From positions 125,715-169,500 of the forward strand of contig JBGAOA010000001.1 in the NCBI GenBank assembly GCA_044222065.1: a stretch of 43,786 nt of DNA. Direction: 5' to 3'. Below the pieces are notes generated by a model. That model made no database searches and was not told the origin of the DNA. It saw nothing but the letters and a program-made list of their open reading frames with translations. The position numbers and the translations under genes were made by a program. Shown here piece by piece: positions 11,601 through 20,657 of this stretch (position 1 is the first letter of the stretch; each line of letters starts with the position of its first letter). Source of the DNA: Candidatus Eiseniibacteriota bacterium. Its GTDB lineage: Bacteria; Eisenbacteria; RBG-16-71-46.

Positions 11601-14441
11601 GGAAGCGGCGAGCGTCTCGGCTTCGCGGTCGCGTTCGTCGGCGACCACGACGGCGACGGCTGGAACGAGATCGCGATCGGCGCGCCGTGGAGCTCGAGCC
11701 TCGGGAACCATCGCGGCCGCGTGTACCTCTACTCGGGCGGCGGCGACTGCGACACGATCTCCGAGTGGCGCCTCGATGGCGCGCGCGACAACAACGAGTT
11801 CGGCCACGCGCTCGCGCCGCTCGGCGACTTGAACCACGACGGCTTCGACGACCTCGCCGTCGGCGCGCCCTACGTGGATTCGACCGCGTTCGCCGCCGGC
11901 CGCGTGTACGTGTACTGCGGATTCTTCGCGCCCGACGCCGTTCCGGAGCTGACGGCGACCGGCACGTCCGTGAACGGCTGGTTCGGGGCGGTGATCGCGC
12001 CGGCCGGCGACAGGGACCAGGACGGCTTCACCGAACTCGCGATCGGCGAGATCAACTGTCCCGCGAACTCGGTCGGGGCCGCGGGGCGCGTGCACGTGCG
12101 CGGCCTCGTGCATCCGGTGCTCGACGCGCCGCTCGGAGGCGAGACGTGGGTCGCGGGCGAGAGCGCCGAAGTGCGCTGGCGCGGCCCGCAACTCGTGGAC
12201 GTGCAGTGGAGCGCGGACGGCGGCGCGAGCTGGAGCACGCTGCTCGCCGCGGCCGGCGGCGCGAACGCGAATCGCGCGACGGTCGCGGTGCCCGACGCGC
12301 CGACGGCGGCGGCGCTCGTGCGCATCGTTCGCAGCGGCCTCGCGCCGCTCGCGGCGAACAGCGCGGCGAGCGCGGATCCGTTCCGCATCGCGCGCCGCAC
12401 GCCGGTGCGCGCGTTCGCCGAGCGCGACGCGGTCGAGCCGGCGTCCGACGGCGCGCTCGTGCGACGCTCCGGCGGAGCGGGGGACGTGAACGGCGACGGC
12501 CGGCCGGACGTGTTCACGCTCGAGCGCTCGGGCGCGACGCTCGAACACGTGCGGCTCGCCGCGCACGGCCGGGACGCCGCGGGTGCGCCGCTCGCGCTCG
12601 GGGAAGCGTCGTTCGACGTCGCGCCGCGCGCGCGCGTCGAGGCGGTCGCGGCGGGCGACCTCGACGGCGACGGCTTCGGCGACCTCGCGGTATCGGAGTG
12701 CTTGGGCACCGATCCGGGGGCGCAGCGCGTGAGGATCTTCCGCGGCGGCGCCGCACTCGCGAGCGCGCCCGTGGTGCTCGAGCCGCCCCCCGGAGCCGCC
12801 GGCTTCGGCGCGGCGCTCGCGGGCGGCAGCGACCTCGACGGCGACGGTCGCGACGATCTCGCGGTCGGCGCGCCCGCGACGCGCGACTCGGGTTCGGTGT
12901 ACGTGTACGCGGGCGGCGCGGCCCTCGGCTCGCCGCCGGTCCTCGAGCGGCGCCCGCCGTTCGGCGCGCTCGGCTTCGGCGCGGCGCTCGCGATCGCCGG
13001 TGACCTCGACGGCGACGGCCGCGACGAACTGGCGGTCGGCGCCGTCACCGACGTCGACCCCGGACGCGTGCTCGTGTACCGCGCGGGCGAGGCCGTGCCC
13101 GCGCTCGACTTCGCGGGCGCCGGCGCCGGAGATCGCTACGGCGCGGTGCTCGCGCGCGGCGGCGACGTGGACGGCGACGGCTTCGACGACCTGTGGATCG
13201 GAGCGCCCGCGCTCGATGCCGGCGGACTCGCGGACGCCGGCGGCGTGGATCTTGTGCGCGGCCGCGCGCGGCTGCGGCCGATCGCGATGCCGATCGCTCG
13301 CGGCGCGCACGCCGGCGAAGCGCTCGGCGCGGCGATCGCGGCGGGGATCGACGTGGACGGTGACGGCTTCGCCGACGCGCTCGCCGGCGCTCCGTTCGCG
13401 GGCGGCGAGGAGCGCGGCGAAGTGCGGCTGTATGCCGGCGCCGTCGTGCCCGACACGCTGCCGCGCGCGCTCTGGCGCGGGGCGCGTGCGGGGAATCGGC
13501 TCGGCGCCGCACTCGCGCTCGCGCCGGGCGGCGCGACGGGCGAGTTCGCGTGCGCCTGGTTCGGCGGCGACGCGCCCGAGGAGCGCGCGCTCGCGATGCG
13601 CCGCTGGTGGCTCGCCGCCGGGGACGGCCCGTGGTACGCGGGCGGGCTCGCACACGCGGGCTGGAGCGGCGCGGAGCTCGCGCGCGTCGAGCTCGCGGGG
13701 CCGCTCGGGACGACGGTGCTCGCCGAATCCGCGGGCGGCGCGGACACGAACTCGATCGCGTTCCGCGTGCCGGTTTCACTCGGCACGCCCGTGCGCGTGC
13801 GGCTCGTCGCGGGCGCGGGGCCCGACGAGGCGTGGAGCGGTCCGGTGGACGTGATCGCCGCGATCGCGCTCGAGCGCTTCGAGGCGGCGCCGGTCGCGGG
13901 CGGCGTGCGGCTCGCGTGGACGACGACGCCCGGCGTCGGACCCGCGGGGTTGCGCGGCTACCGGCTCGAGCGCATCGCCCCGGACGGAGCGCGCGCCGTG
14001 CTCGCCGACACGCTCGTCGCGAACGAATGGAGCGGTGCCGAGCGCGAGCGCGGCGCCCGCTACGAGCTGTCCGCGATCGACGGCTACGGCGCCGTCACTC
14101 CGCTCGGGACCGCGTCGCTCCCGGCGCTCGACGACGCGCTGCGCGCGTGGCCGCAACCCGCGCGCGGCGGCGGCGTGACGATCGAACTCGCGGCCCCTCA
14201 GGACGCGGACGGCCGCACTCCGGCCGACTTCGCGCTCGAGCTGTTCGACGTCACGGGACGGCGCGTCGCGACGCTCGCCCGCGGCTCCCTCGCGACCGAG
14301 GTCGGCCGGCTGCGGGTCGAGTGGGGCGGCCGTTTCGGGGGCCGGGACGCGCCCTCCGGAATCTACTTCCTGCGCGCACATTCACCTTCGGCGGGCTGGG
14401 AGCGGCGGCGTAGAATCCTCGTCGCGTCTTCAGCCCCTTGA
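8646..14441 (+). CDS. Giant secreted FG-GAP triple beta-propeller protein, paralogue 2 (~1931 aa)
   Basis: ATG at 8646 (alternative GTG at 8598 overlapping the upstream TGA). Signal peptide ending TLAHA|Q, 19 FG-GAP Ca-binding-type motifs, 'GGETW...V.W...D.G.TW' Ig-like spacers and a FlgD/T9SS-like C-terminus (FDVTGRRVATLARG...SGIYFLRA). Confidence 0.9.
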   Translation: MQDSDSTAPRLRAPLRAGAALLAARALIAALTLATATLAHAQALGVRELQRIDSPAFYDRFGQAIETGDVDGNGKLDLVVAAPSSLTDAGGVGAFYLYLDRDLGFVAPAYSARFDAPANAFWSGEGLASLDFDGDGRADLVSSYFGFEGFRSYAGALLLLSSLGTPTVPLGTATIEGGGHYDFATVAPLGDWNADGWDDLAIAHRDSGETASKVSVFFGGPGADRVEDVVIAAPNGSASLGFALLGPGDVDGDGVNDLVVADAAWPASSYQGIVYLYRGGASPAVVPADSLSGDFGTTGFGATLGRTGDVNGDGFADFLVNTSSGVRLALGATGTPNLAGDYIPPGESAPITDLEGDGLGDFAIATSSGFQGVALYHGTATGAGPAGEFRPTTASNLQCSVAPGPIGSNGLGQVFAGFPFATSGSARGAVYRLDAGAFSIVSGAPVGVALAGDTLALAWSGPTSVFVDWSYDAGVSWGLSTLHDDPSRVARTPVPDSLGDAVLLRLRAATFVPPGSDTTAVSGPFAVRAFFSLGVSPYTARLTGDTVRAAWRGRLPADLEVSLDGTSYRTIATGLGGANTNEHRFALPLGRSSSVSVRVTHAGRTPNPFASEWLGSTGSLAPAAITLAPGGVPVFAGDSVRLGWRANVPMDAEWSEDDGATWSVIASDVRGAGEHFVTWRTGAPTSAAFARVRAHGEPPSDDVVERTPRFRVLSSVGRPSDLEWDERLASAGWKSREQLGSALAHGDWNGDGRDDLAVGATGFGPNSLTPNVGRVWIYFGGSARGDVPDLTISGESQNARFGRAIAFGDWNADGFDDLCVGELNVNGSPFVRVFFGGPSPDSLDDYRVMAPPGAENFGSGLAFGDVNGDGLQDLVVRASMQSAFGLDFPAATVWVYFGGPTPHATADRRLEDALSNATFSFSTTMYITAPLACGDWNGDGLDDVLAGYPGTNTSGANGSASLFFGTRAPDFERGPDRYFAGHRYAGSGERLGFAVAFVGDHDGDGWNEIAIGAPWSSSLGNHRGRVYLYSGGGDCDTISEWRLDGARDNNEFGHALAPLGDLNHDGFDDLAVGAPYVDSTAFAAGRVYVYCGFFAPDAVPELTATGTSVNGWFGAVIAPAGDRDQDGFTELAIGEINCPANSVGAAGRVHVRGLVHPVLDAPLGGETWVAGESAEVRWRGPQLVDVQWSADGGASWSTLLAAAGGANANRATVAVPDAPTAAALVRIVRSGLAPLAANSAASADPFRIARRTPVRAFAERDAVEPASDGALVRRSGGAGDVNGDGRPDVFTLERSGATLEHVRLAAHGRDAAGAPLALGEASFDVAPRARVEAVAAGDLDGDGFGDLAVSECLGTDPGAQRVRIFRGGAALASAPVVLEPPPGAAGFGAALAGGSDLDGDGRDDLAVGAPATRDSGSVYVYAGGAALGSPPVLERRPPFGALGFGAALAIAGDLDGDGRDELAVGAVTDVDPGRVLVYRAGEAVPALDFAGAGAGDRYGAVLARGGDVDGDGFDDLWIGAPALDAGGLADAGGVDLVRGRARLRPIAMPIARGAHAGEALGAAIAAGIDVDGDGFADALAGAPFAGGEERGEVRLYAGAVVPDTLPRALWRGARAGNRLGAALALAPGGATGEFACAWFGGDAPEERALAMRRWWLAAGDGPWYAGGLAHAGWSGAELARVELAGPLGTTVLAESAGGADTNSIAFRVPVSLGTPVRVRLVAGAGPDEAWSGPVDVIAAIALERFEAAPVAGGVRLAWTTTPGVGPAGLRGYRLERIAPDGARAVLADTLVANEWSGAERERGARYELSAIDGYGAVTPLGTASLPALDDALRAWPQPARGGGVTIELAAPQDADGRTPADFALELFDVTGRRVATLARGSLATEVGRLRVEWGGRFGGRDAPSGIYFLRAHSPSAGWERRRRILVASSAP

Positions 14442-14462
14442 TCCGCCGAGCGCGACGTTCCG

Positions 14463-14483
14463 GCTTCCCATCCCCCGGGAAGC
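14463..14483 (+). other. Intergenic stem-loop between paralogues 2 and 3
   Basis: GCTTCCC-N7-GGGAAGC, possibly extended by flanking GAGCGC/GCGCTC. There is no U-tract, so it may be an mRNA stability or processing element. Confidence 0.4.
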
Positions 14484-14505
14484 GGCGCTCTCCCGAGGTG
14501 CCCCG

Positions 14506-17500
14506 ATGAGCCTTCGCCGACCGCCGAGCTGCCGGCGCGCCGTCCGAATCGCGACCGCCTTCGCGCTGGCCGCCGCCGTCGTGTGCGTGCGCGCGGCGTC
14601 CGCGCAGAGTTCGAACGCGCTCGCGAGCGAGTTCCTCACCGTCTGGGGGCAGTACGCGAACGACGCCTTCGGCGCCGCGATCTCGGGCGGCGGCGACTTC
14701 GACGGGGACGGCGCCGCCGACTTCGCGGTCGGCGCGTACGGTTATCCGAACCGCACGTCCTTCGGACGGGTCGCGGTCTACCGCGGCGGCGCCGCGCTCG
14801 ACGGCGTGCCCGACTGGAGCGTGTCGGGGACGGCCTCGAACGACCTGCTCGGGTGGTCGTTGTCGCTCGCGGGCGATCTCAACGACGACGGCCACGCCGA
14901 CCTCGTGGTGAGCGCGCCGTACCAGTCGCACAACTGGACGCGCTCGGGCGAGGTGCGCGTGTACTTCGGCGGCGCGTCCCCCGACTCCGTCGCGGACCTC
15001 GTGATCTCGGGGGACGCGGTGAACGCGAACCTCGGCGTGCGCGTCGTCGTGCCGGGAGACGTGAACGGCGACGGTGCCGACGACCTGCTCGTCGGCGCGT
15101 ACAACGCGACGTCGCAGCGCGGCACCGTGTCGCTGTTCTTCGGCGGCGCGAGCCTCGACACCGTGCCCGACCTCGTGCTGCACAGCACGCGCGCCGCCGA
15201 CAACTTCGGCTTCGCGATCGCGCCCGCGGGCGACGTGAACGGCGACGGCTTCGCGGATTTCATCGTCGGCGAGCGCACGTGGTCGGCCTACACGCCGACG
15301 CGCTCCGAGGGCCGGGCCCGCGTGTACTTCGGCGGCGCCGCGCCCGACACCGTCGCGGACCTCGTGTTCGCGGGAATCGCCCAGGGGCAGCAGCTCGGCG
15401 TCGAGGTCGCGGGTGGCGGCGACTTCAACGGCGACGGTTACGCGGACGTTTTCGTGCGCGATGCGAGTCGCGACGCGCGCGCGCTGTTCGGAGGCCCCGC
15501 GCCGGACGCCACGCCGGACCTGCTGATCCGGGACGCGTTCTCGGTCGCGCTGATCGCCGACCTGAACGGCGACGCACTCGGCGAGCTCGTCGTCGGCGGC
15601 CGCGACCGGGCGAGCTTCTTCTTCGGCTCGACCCGTCCCGATTCGCTGCCCGACGTCGAGTTCGCGATCAGCGGCAGCGCCGCCGCCTCGGAGGCCACCG
15701 CCGCGGCGGTGGGGGACGTCGACGGCGACGGCGTCGGCGACCTCGCGCTCGGCTTCTACCGCGAGGGCACGTCGAGCCTTCCGCGCGGCGGCGTCCACCT
15801 GCTGCGCTTCCGGCGCTACGCGGTGCTCGAACCGAACGCCGCGACGGAGTGGGTCGCCGGCGCCGCGGCCGTCGTGCGCTGGGCGGGCGCGGATTCGGCC
15901 GATGTCGAGCTGTCGCTGGACGACGGCGCGCACTGGTCGCCGTTCGTGGCGGCCGGCGGCGGCGGTGGCGTGGTCGAGGTCCCCGACACGCTCGTCGAGC
16001 GCGCGCGCGTGCGCGTCGTCACGCCCGCCGGGCTCGGCCTCGCCGCGGCCGACACGAGCCAGCCGTTCGCGATCCGCTCCCACGTCGTCCTCGAGCCGGC
16101 GACGAGCGGGACCTTCCACGTGGGCGACACGCTCTCGACGCGCTGGCTCGGATCGCGGCTCGCCGACGTCGAGCTGGTGTCCACGGACGGCGCGACGCCG
16201 GTTCGCGTCGCGAGCGGCGTCGGAGGAGCGAGCGAGGACTCGGTGCGATTCGTCGTGCCGCTCGTCCACTCGGACTCGGTCCTCGTGCGCGTCCGCGCGG
16301 CCGGCGATCCGGCGGCGGTGGCGCACGCGGGCCGCTCCCCCGGGCGCATCCGCGTGATCCCGTTCGTGGTGCTCGCGCCGAACGGCGGCGAAGTCTGGGA
16401 GTCGGGCGGCACGGACACGGTGCGCTGGCTCGGCGCCACGACCGCCGACGTGCAGTACTCGCCCGACCACGGGGCGACGTGGGTGACGCTCGCGAGCCGC
16501 GCCGGCGGCGCGCCCGAGAACGCGCTGCCCGTCACGATGCCGCAGGTCTCGAGCCTGTCCGCGCTCGTACGCGTCGTCGCCTCGGGGTACTCGGCCTCGC
16601 CCGGCCACTTCGACGAGAGCGATGCGACGTTCATCGTGACCGAGATTTCGCGGCTCGTGGACCTGCCCACGCGGCGGCTGTTCGAGTTCGCAGCGAGCGA
16701 GGCGAACGAGCGCACCGGACTCGTCGTGGCGGACGCGGGCGACTGGAACGGCGACGGCTTTCGCGACGTCGCGATCGGCGCGCCGTTCGCGCGCGTCGGC
16801 GCGAACGCCGAGGCCGGGCGCGTCACCGTGCGCTTCGGCGGGCCGGAGCCGGGCGCGCTGCCGGACGTCGTGCTCGAAGGTCCGGCGGCGAGCTCGCTGT
16901 TCGGCTCGGCGATCGCGGGCGGCGGCGACTTCGACGGCGATGGCTTCGACGACCTGGTCGTCGGCGCGTGGAGCTACAACAACGGCCGCGGCTCGATCTT
17001 CCTCTACCGCGGCGGGCTCGTCCCGGACGCGACCGCGGACCAGCGCTTCTCGGTCACGGCATCGTCGGGAATCACGCGCCTCGGCCAGTCGCTCGCGTTC
17101 GTCGGGGACTGGGACGGTGACGGACGCGACGACTTCGTCGCGGGGCAGCGCTCGAATACGAACGGGACCTCCGAGGCGCCGATCTACCTCGGCAGCGCCC
17201 GTCTCGACTCGCTGCCCGACATCAAGCTGCGCAGTCCCGCGGTCAACGACCCTTCGTTCGCCACGCGCGTCGCTCGCGCCGGGGACTTCGACGGCGACGG
17301 CTGGCCCGACGTGTGGGTCACGCGCGTGCCGACCGTGAACGACACGTCCGGCTACGCCTACCTCTACCGTGGCGGCCCGGGGTCGGACGTTTTCATCGAC
17401 CGGGAAATCCGCGGGAGCCGCGCGTACGGATTCGCGAGCTACGGCCTCGACGGCGTCGGCGACGTGAACGGCGACGGCTACGACGACCTGGCCGTCGGCG

Positions 17501-20247
17501 TGCCGTACCTGGACACGGGGGAGGTGCGGATCTTCCTCGGCGGCCCGGGAGCGGTGCGCGGCTTCACCGTGCACGGCCGGAACTCCTCGGACGCCTTCGG
17601 TCTCTCGGTGGCGGGCGGCGGCGACATCAACAACGACGGCTTTTCGGACGTCCTGATCGGCGCGGTCGGATACGACGCGGCGGGCACGGACTACGGCGCC
17701 GCGTTCGCGTGGTACGGATTCCTCGTGCCGGACGAGTCGCTCGGACTCACGTTCCTCGGCGCCTCGAACGGACAGTTCGGCGCCGCGACCGCGGTCGTCC
17801 CGAGATTCCGCGACGCGCTGCTCGCGACGATGTTCGTCGGCGCGCCGTACGACTCGCGCGTGAACAACTACGCCGGATCGGTTGCGGCCTACGAGATCGC
17901 ACGTCCCCGGCTGCTCGAGCCGCGGGGCGGCGGCACGTGGATCGCCGGGCGCCCGGCGACGGTGCGCTGGCGCGGCGAGCGCGCGGTGACGATCGAGCTG
18001 TCGCTCGACGACCGCCGAACGTGGACCGTGCTCGCGACCGGCGCGGGAGGATCGGCCGAGAACGAGTGGACGTTCACGGTGCCGGACGCGGCGACGCTCG
18101 AGGCGCGCGTGCGCCTCACGCTCGACGGCTACCGCGCGCTCGCGTCCACGTCCGAGACGAGCACCGGGACCTTCCGCATCGCGCCCGACGTGCCGATCCC
18201 CGCGAGCGCGTGGAGCGCGGCGACGGCCTCCGAGCACGGCGCGGCGCTCGGCACCGGCGCGCGCGTCGCCGCGATCGGCGACGTGAGCGGTGACGGCCAC
18301 GGCGACTTGCTCGTGCTCGAGGACGCGGCGGAGTCGCGCTTCGCGTGGCTGTGGCTCGCGGGGGAGGCGGCGGCGCGCGGGCCGTTCCTGCGCACCACTC
18401 CGGGCGCCGAGGTGTTCGCCGCGCCGGTCGGCGACTGGGACGGCGACGGCTTCGGCGATTTCGCGCTGGGACTCCCGGCGCTCGAAGGCACGGGCGTCGT
18501 GCGCCTGTATCGCGGCGGCGCCGACCCGGACACGGCGGCGTTCGTGACGCTGCGGGGCGCGGTGCCGGGCTCGCGCTTCGGCGCCGCGATCGCGGGCGGC
18601 GACCTCGACGGCGACGGCGCGAGCGACCTCGTCGTGGGCGCGCCCGGCGTGCGCAACAGCGCGATCCCGGGCCGCGTCGCGCTGTTCCTCGGCGGCGAGC
18701 ACGCGGACGCGATCGAAGACGGCGCACTCGCGATCGGTGTGGCGGGGGACGAGTTCGGCGCGGCGCTCGCGCTTCCCGGCGACCTGAACCGCGACGGCTG
18801 CCCCGAGATCGCCGTCGGCTCACCCGCGCGCGACAGCCTCGACGCCACGACGGGACGCGTCTACCTCTACTGCGGCGCGGCGACGGGCGGCGCGCCCCAG
18901 TTCACGCTCACGGGCGAGCGCGCGGACGACCGCTTCGGCGCGGCCGTCGCCGCGGCGGGCGACGTGAACGGCGACGGGTTCAACGATCTGATCGTCGGCG
19001 CGCCGGGCGCGGACGTCGAAGCCGCGCCCGAGCCGATGCGCGTGGACGCGGGGCGCGTGTCGCTGTTCTTCGGCGGCACGAACTTCGACCGCACCGCGGA
19101 CTGGACGATCACGGGTGCCGGTGCGGGCGCGCAGCTCGGCGGCGCGATCGCGGGCGGCGTGGACACGAACGGCGACGGTTTCGCCGACTGGCTCGCCGGC
19201 GCCGAATACTCGGGCGGCGACGAGCGCGGCGGCGCGTCGTTGTTCCAGGGCGGGATCCTGCCGGACACGCTCGCCGACGCCGCGTGGGACGGCGCGCATC
19301 CCGCGGCGCGTCTCGGCGAATCGCTCGCGCTCGTCGCGGAGCCGGGCGGATTCGCGCGCGTCGCGATCGCCTCGCCCGGCGCGAGCGGCGCCGTCGCGGT
19401 GCGCGAGTACGCGTCGTCGCGGTGGTGGGTGAGCGTGGCGGACACGGCGTGGCCGGTGGGCGCGACGCGCGCGGTGTCGTGGACGGGAGCGGAGCGCGCG
19501 GACGTGTGGCTCGAGCGCGCGGACGGCACGCGCGTGAAGCTCGCGGACGACGCGGGTGGGGCGGCATCGAACGCGCTCGAAGTGACGGTGCCGGCGGGCG
19601 CGGGCGAGTGCCGCGTGGTGCTGACGGCGAGTGCGAGCGGCGTGAGCGGCGAGGCGAAGAGCGCGCGCGTGCGGCTCGTGAGCACGGTGACGCTCGCGTC
19701 GTTCGAGGCGGCGACCTCGGGCGCGGCGGAAGTGCGGCTCGCGTGGGCGACGACGCCGAACGTGGCGGACGGCGGCGTGCAGTTCTACCGCGTGTACCGG
19801 CGCGCGCCGGGGATGGCGGCGGGCGAGCGCGTGGCGGATCGGGTGAGCGCGAACGAGGTGCGGCTCGAAGAGCACGCGCGGGGGGCGACGTACACGCTCG
19901 CCGCGGTGACGGCGGCGGGCGAGGAGTTCGTGCTCGGGGAGACGGCGACGCCGGCGGGGCCGCGCGGCCTCGTGGCGTATCCGGTGCCGGCGAGAGGCGA
20001 CGGGGTGACGATCGAGCTGACGGCGGCGACGCGCGGGGACGGCTGGACGCACGCGGACTTCGCGGTGCGGGTGTACGACGTGATGGGGCGCGAGGTGGCG
20101 ACGCTGGCGCGCGGGGCGCGCGCGACGGACCTCGGCGTGGTGCGGCTCACGTGGCCGGCGCGGGTGAAGGCGGGGCTCTATTTCGTGCGCGCCGAGACGC
20201 CGTCCCGGGGCGAGCGCCTCGAGCGGCGCGTCGTCGTGGTGAGGTGA
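14506..20247 (+). CDS. Giant secreted FG-GAP triple beta-propeller protein, paralogue 3 (1913 aa)
   Basis: GAGGTG SD-like sequence precedes the ATG. Signal peptide ending RAASA|Q, 19 FG-GAP motifs in three clusters, PNGGEVW-type spacers, a VTLASFEA domain and the C-terminus YDVMGREVATLARG...AGLYFVRA. Confidence 0.92.
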   Translation: MSLRRPPSCRRAVRIATAFALAAAVVCVRAASAQSSNALASEFLTVWGQYANDAFGAAISGGGDFDGDGAADFAVGAYGYPNRTSFGRVAVYRGGAALDGVPDWSVSGTASNDLLGWSLSLAGDLNDDGHADLVVSAPYQSHNWTRSGEVRVYFGGASPDSVADLVISGDAVNANLGVRVVVPGDVNGDGADDLLVGAYNATSQRGTVSLFFGGASLDTVPDLVLHSTRAADNFGFAIAPAGDVNGDGFADFIVGERTWSAYTPTRSEGRARVYFGGAAPDTVADLVFAGIAQGQQLGVEVAGGGDFNGDGYADVFVRDASRDARALFGGPAPDATPDLLIRDAFSVALIADLNGDALGELVVGGRDRASFFFGSTRPDSLPDVEFAISGSAAASEATAAAVGDVDGDGVGDLALGFYREGTSSLPRGGVHLLRFRRYAVLEPNAATEWVAGAAAVVRWAGADSADVELSLDDGAHWSPFVAAGGGGGVVEVPDTLVERARVRVVTPAGLGLAAADTSQPFAIRSHVVLEPATSGTFHVGDTLSTRWLGSRLADVELVSTDGATPVRVASGVGGASEDSVRFVVPLVHSDSVLVRVRAAGDPAAVAHAGRSPGRIRVIPFVVLAPNGGEVWESGGTDTVRWLGATTADVQYSPDHGATWVTLASRAGGAPENALPVTMPQVSSLSALVRVVASGYSASPGHFDESDATFIVTEISRLVDLPTRRLFEFAASEANERTGLVVADAGDWNGDGFRDVAIGAPFARVGANAEAGRVTVRFGGPEPGALPDVVLEGPAASSLFGSAIAGGGDFDGDGFDDLVVGAWSYNNGRGSIFLYRGGLVPDATADQRFSVTASSGITRLGQSLAFVGDWDGDGRDDFVAGQRSNTNGTSEAPIYLGSARLDSLPDIKLRSPAVNDPSFATRVARAGDFDGDGWPDVWVTRVPTVNDTSGYAYLYRGGPGSDVFIDREIRGSRAYGFASYGLDGVGDVNGDGYDDLAVGVPYLDTGEVRIFLGGPGAVRGFTVHGRNSSDAFGLSVAGGGDINNDGFSDVLIGAVGYDAAGTDYGAAFAWYGFLVPDESLGLTFLGASNGQFGAATAVVPRFRDALLATMFVGAPYDSRVNNYAGSVAAYEIARPRLLEPRGGGTWIAGRPATVRWRGERAVTIELSLDDRRTWTVLATGAGGSAENEWTFTVPDAATLEARVRLTLDGYRALASTSETSTGTFRIAPDVPIPASAWSAATASEHGAALGTGARVAAIGDVSGDGHGDLLVLEDAAESRFAWLWLAGEAAARGPFLRTTPGAEVFAAPVGDWDGDGFGDFALGLPALEGTGVVRLYRGGADPDTAAFVTLRGAVPGSRFGAAIAGGDLDGDGASDLVVGAPGVRNSAIPGRVALFLGGEHADAIEDGALAIGVAGDEFGAALALPGDLNRDGCPEIAVGSPARDSLDATTGRVYLYCGAATGGAPQFTLTGERADDRFGAAVAAAGDVNGDGFNDLIVGAPGADVEAAPEPMRVDAGRVSLFFGGTNFDRTADWTITGAGAGAQLGGAIAGGVDTNGDGFADWLAGAEYSGGDERGGASLFQGGILPDTLADAAWDGAHPAARLGESLALVAEPGGFARVAIASPGASGAVAVREYASSRWWVSVADTAWPVGATRAVSWTGAERADVWLERADGTRVKLADDAGGAASNALEVTVPAGAGECRVVLTASASGVSGEAKSARVRLVSTVTLASFEAATSGAAEVRLAWATTPNVADGGVQFYRVYRRAPGMAAGERVADRVSANEVRLEEHARGATYTLAAVTAAGEEFVLGETATPAGPRGLVAYPVPARGDGVTIELTAATRGDGWTHADFAVRVYDVMGREVATLARGARATDLGVVRLTWPARVKAGLYFVRAETPSRGERLERRVVVVR

Positions 20248-20278
20248 GGGGCGACACTAGGCCGGGAGATCCGGGACG

Positions 20279-20306
20279 GGGCCGGTTGGCGGCCGGCCCG
20301 TTGTTC
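20279..20306 (+). terminator. Possible intrinsic terminator after the FG-GAP gene array
   Basis: GGGCCGG-N7-CCGGCCC hairpin followed by GTTGTT, about 30 nt after the stop codon. The U-tract is weak. Confidence 0.45.
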
Positions 20307-20563
20307 CGTCGAGTGTGCTGGAGGTGGGTCGGGGTGGGGAGAGGTGGTGCGGAGGATGAGGTGGGGTCCCGGTACTCCGCGGGAGCCGCGCAAGCCGCAT
20401 TCCATCGCGCGACGCGTCCAACTCGCGCCGTTTCACCGCGCCGCGTGCGCTCCGGCGTCCACGGATCGCCGCGCGCGTCGAGCCCTCGACGAAAGGACGC
20501 GCGCGCGGCGACCACGAAGCGCGCAACCCGTTGCGATTGGGCGCACAAGCGCGGCCGCGATTC

Positions 20564-20592
20564 TTGACGCTGCCGGAGGCCATTCCTATACT
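20564..20592 (+). promoter_or_regulatory. Sigma70-type promoter of the beta-barrel gene (and possibly guaB)
   Basis: TTGACG-N17-TATACT, near consensus in a very GC-rich background. SD AGAGGAG at 20641-20647. Confidence 0.8.
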
Positions 20593-20657
20593 GCCGCGCT
20601 CATTCAACGCACCGGGCAATCCCTCCTACCCGCTCGGATCAGAGGAGTCCCGTCCGC

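Noticed and set aside
2900..19200. Recurring GGCGAC(G/T)T(G/C)(A/G)ACGGCGACGG DNA repeats as a possible CRISPR array or DGR repeat
   Set aside because: They are in-frame codons for FG-GAP D-x-[DN]-G-D-G motifs, irregularly spaced and degenerate. No cas or reverse-transcriptase gene is present.
4620..20045. RGD tripeptides in the integrin-like proteins
   Set aside because: They are expected by chance in R/G/D-rich proteins and are not at equivalent positions across the paralogues.
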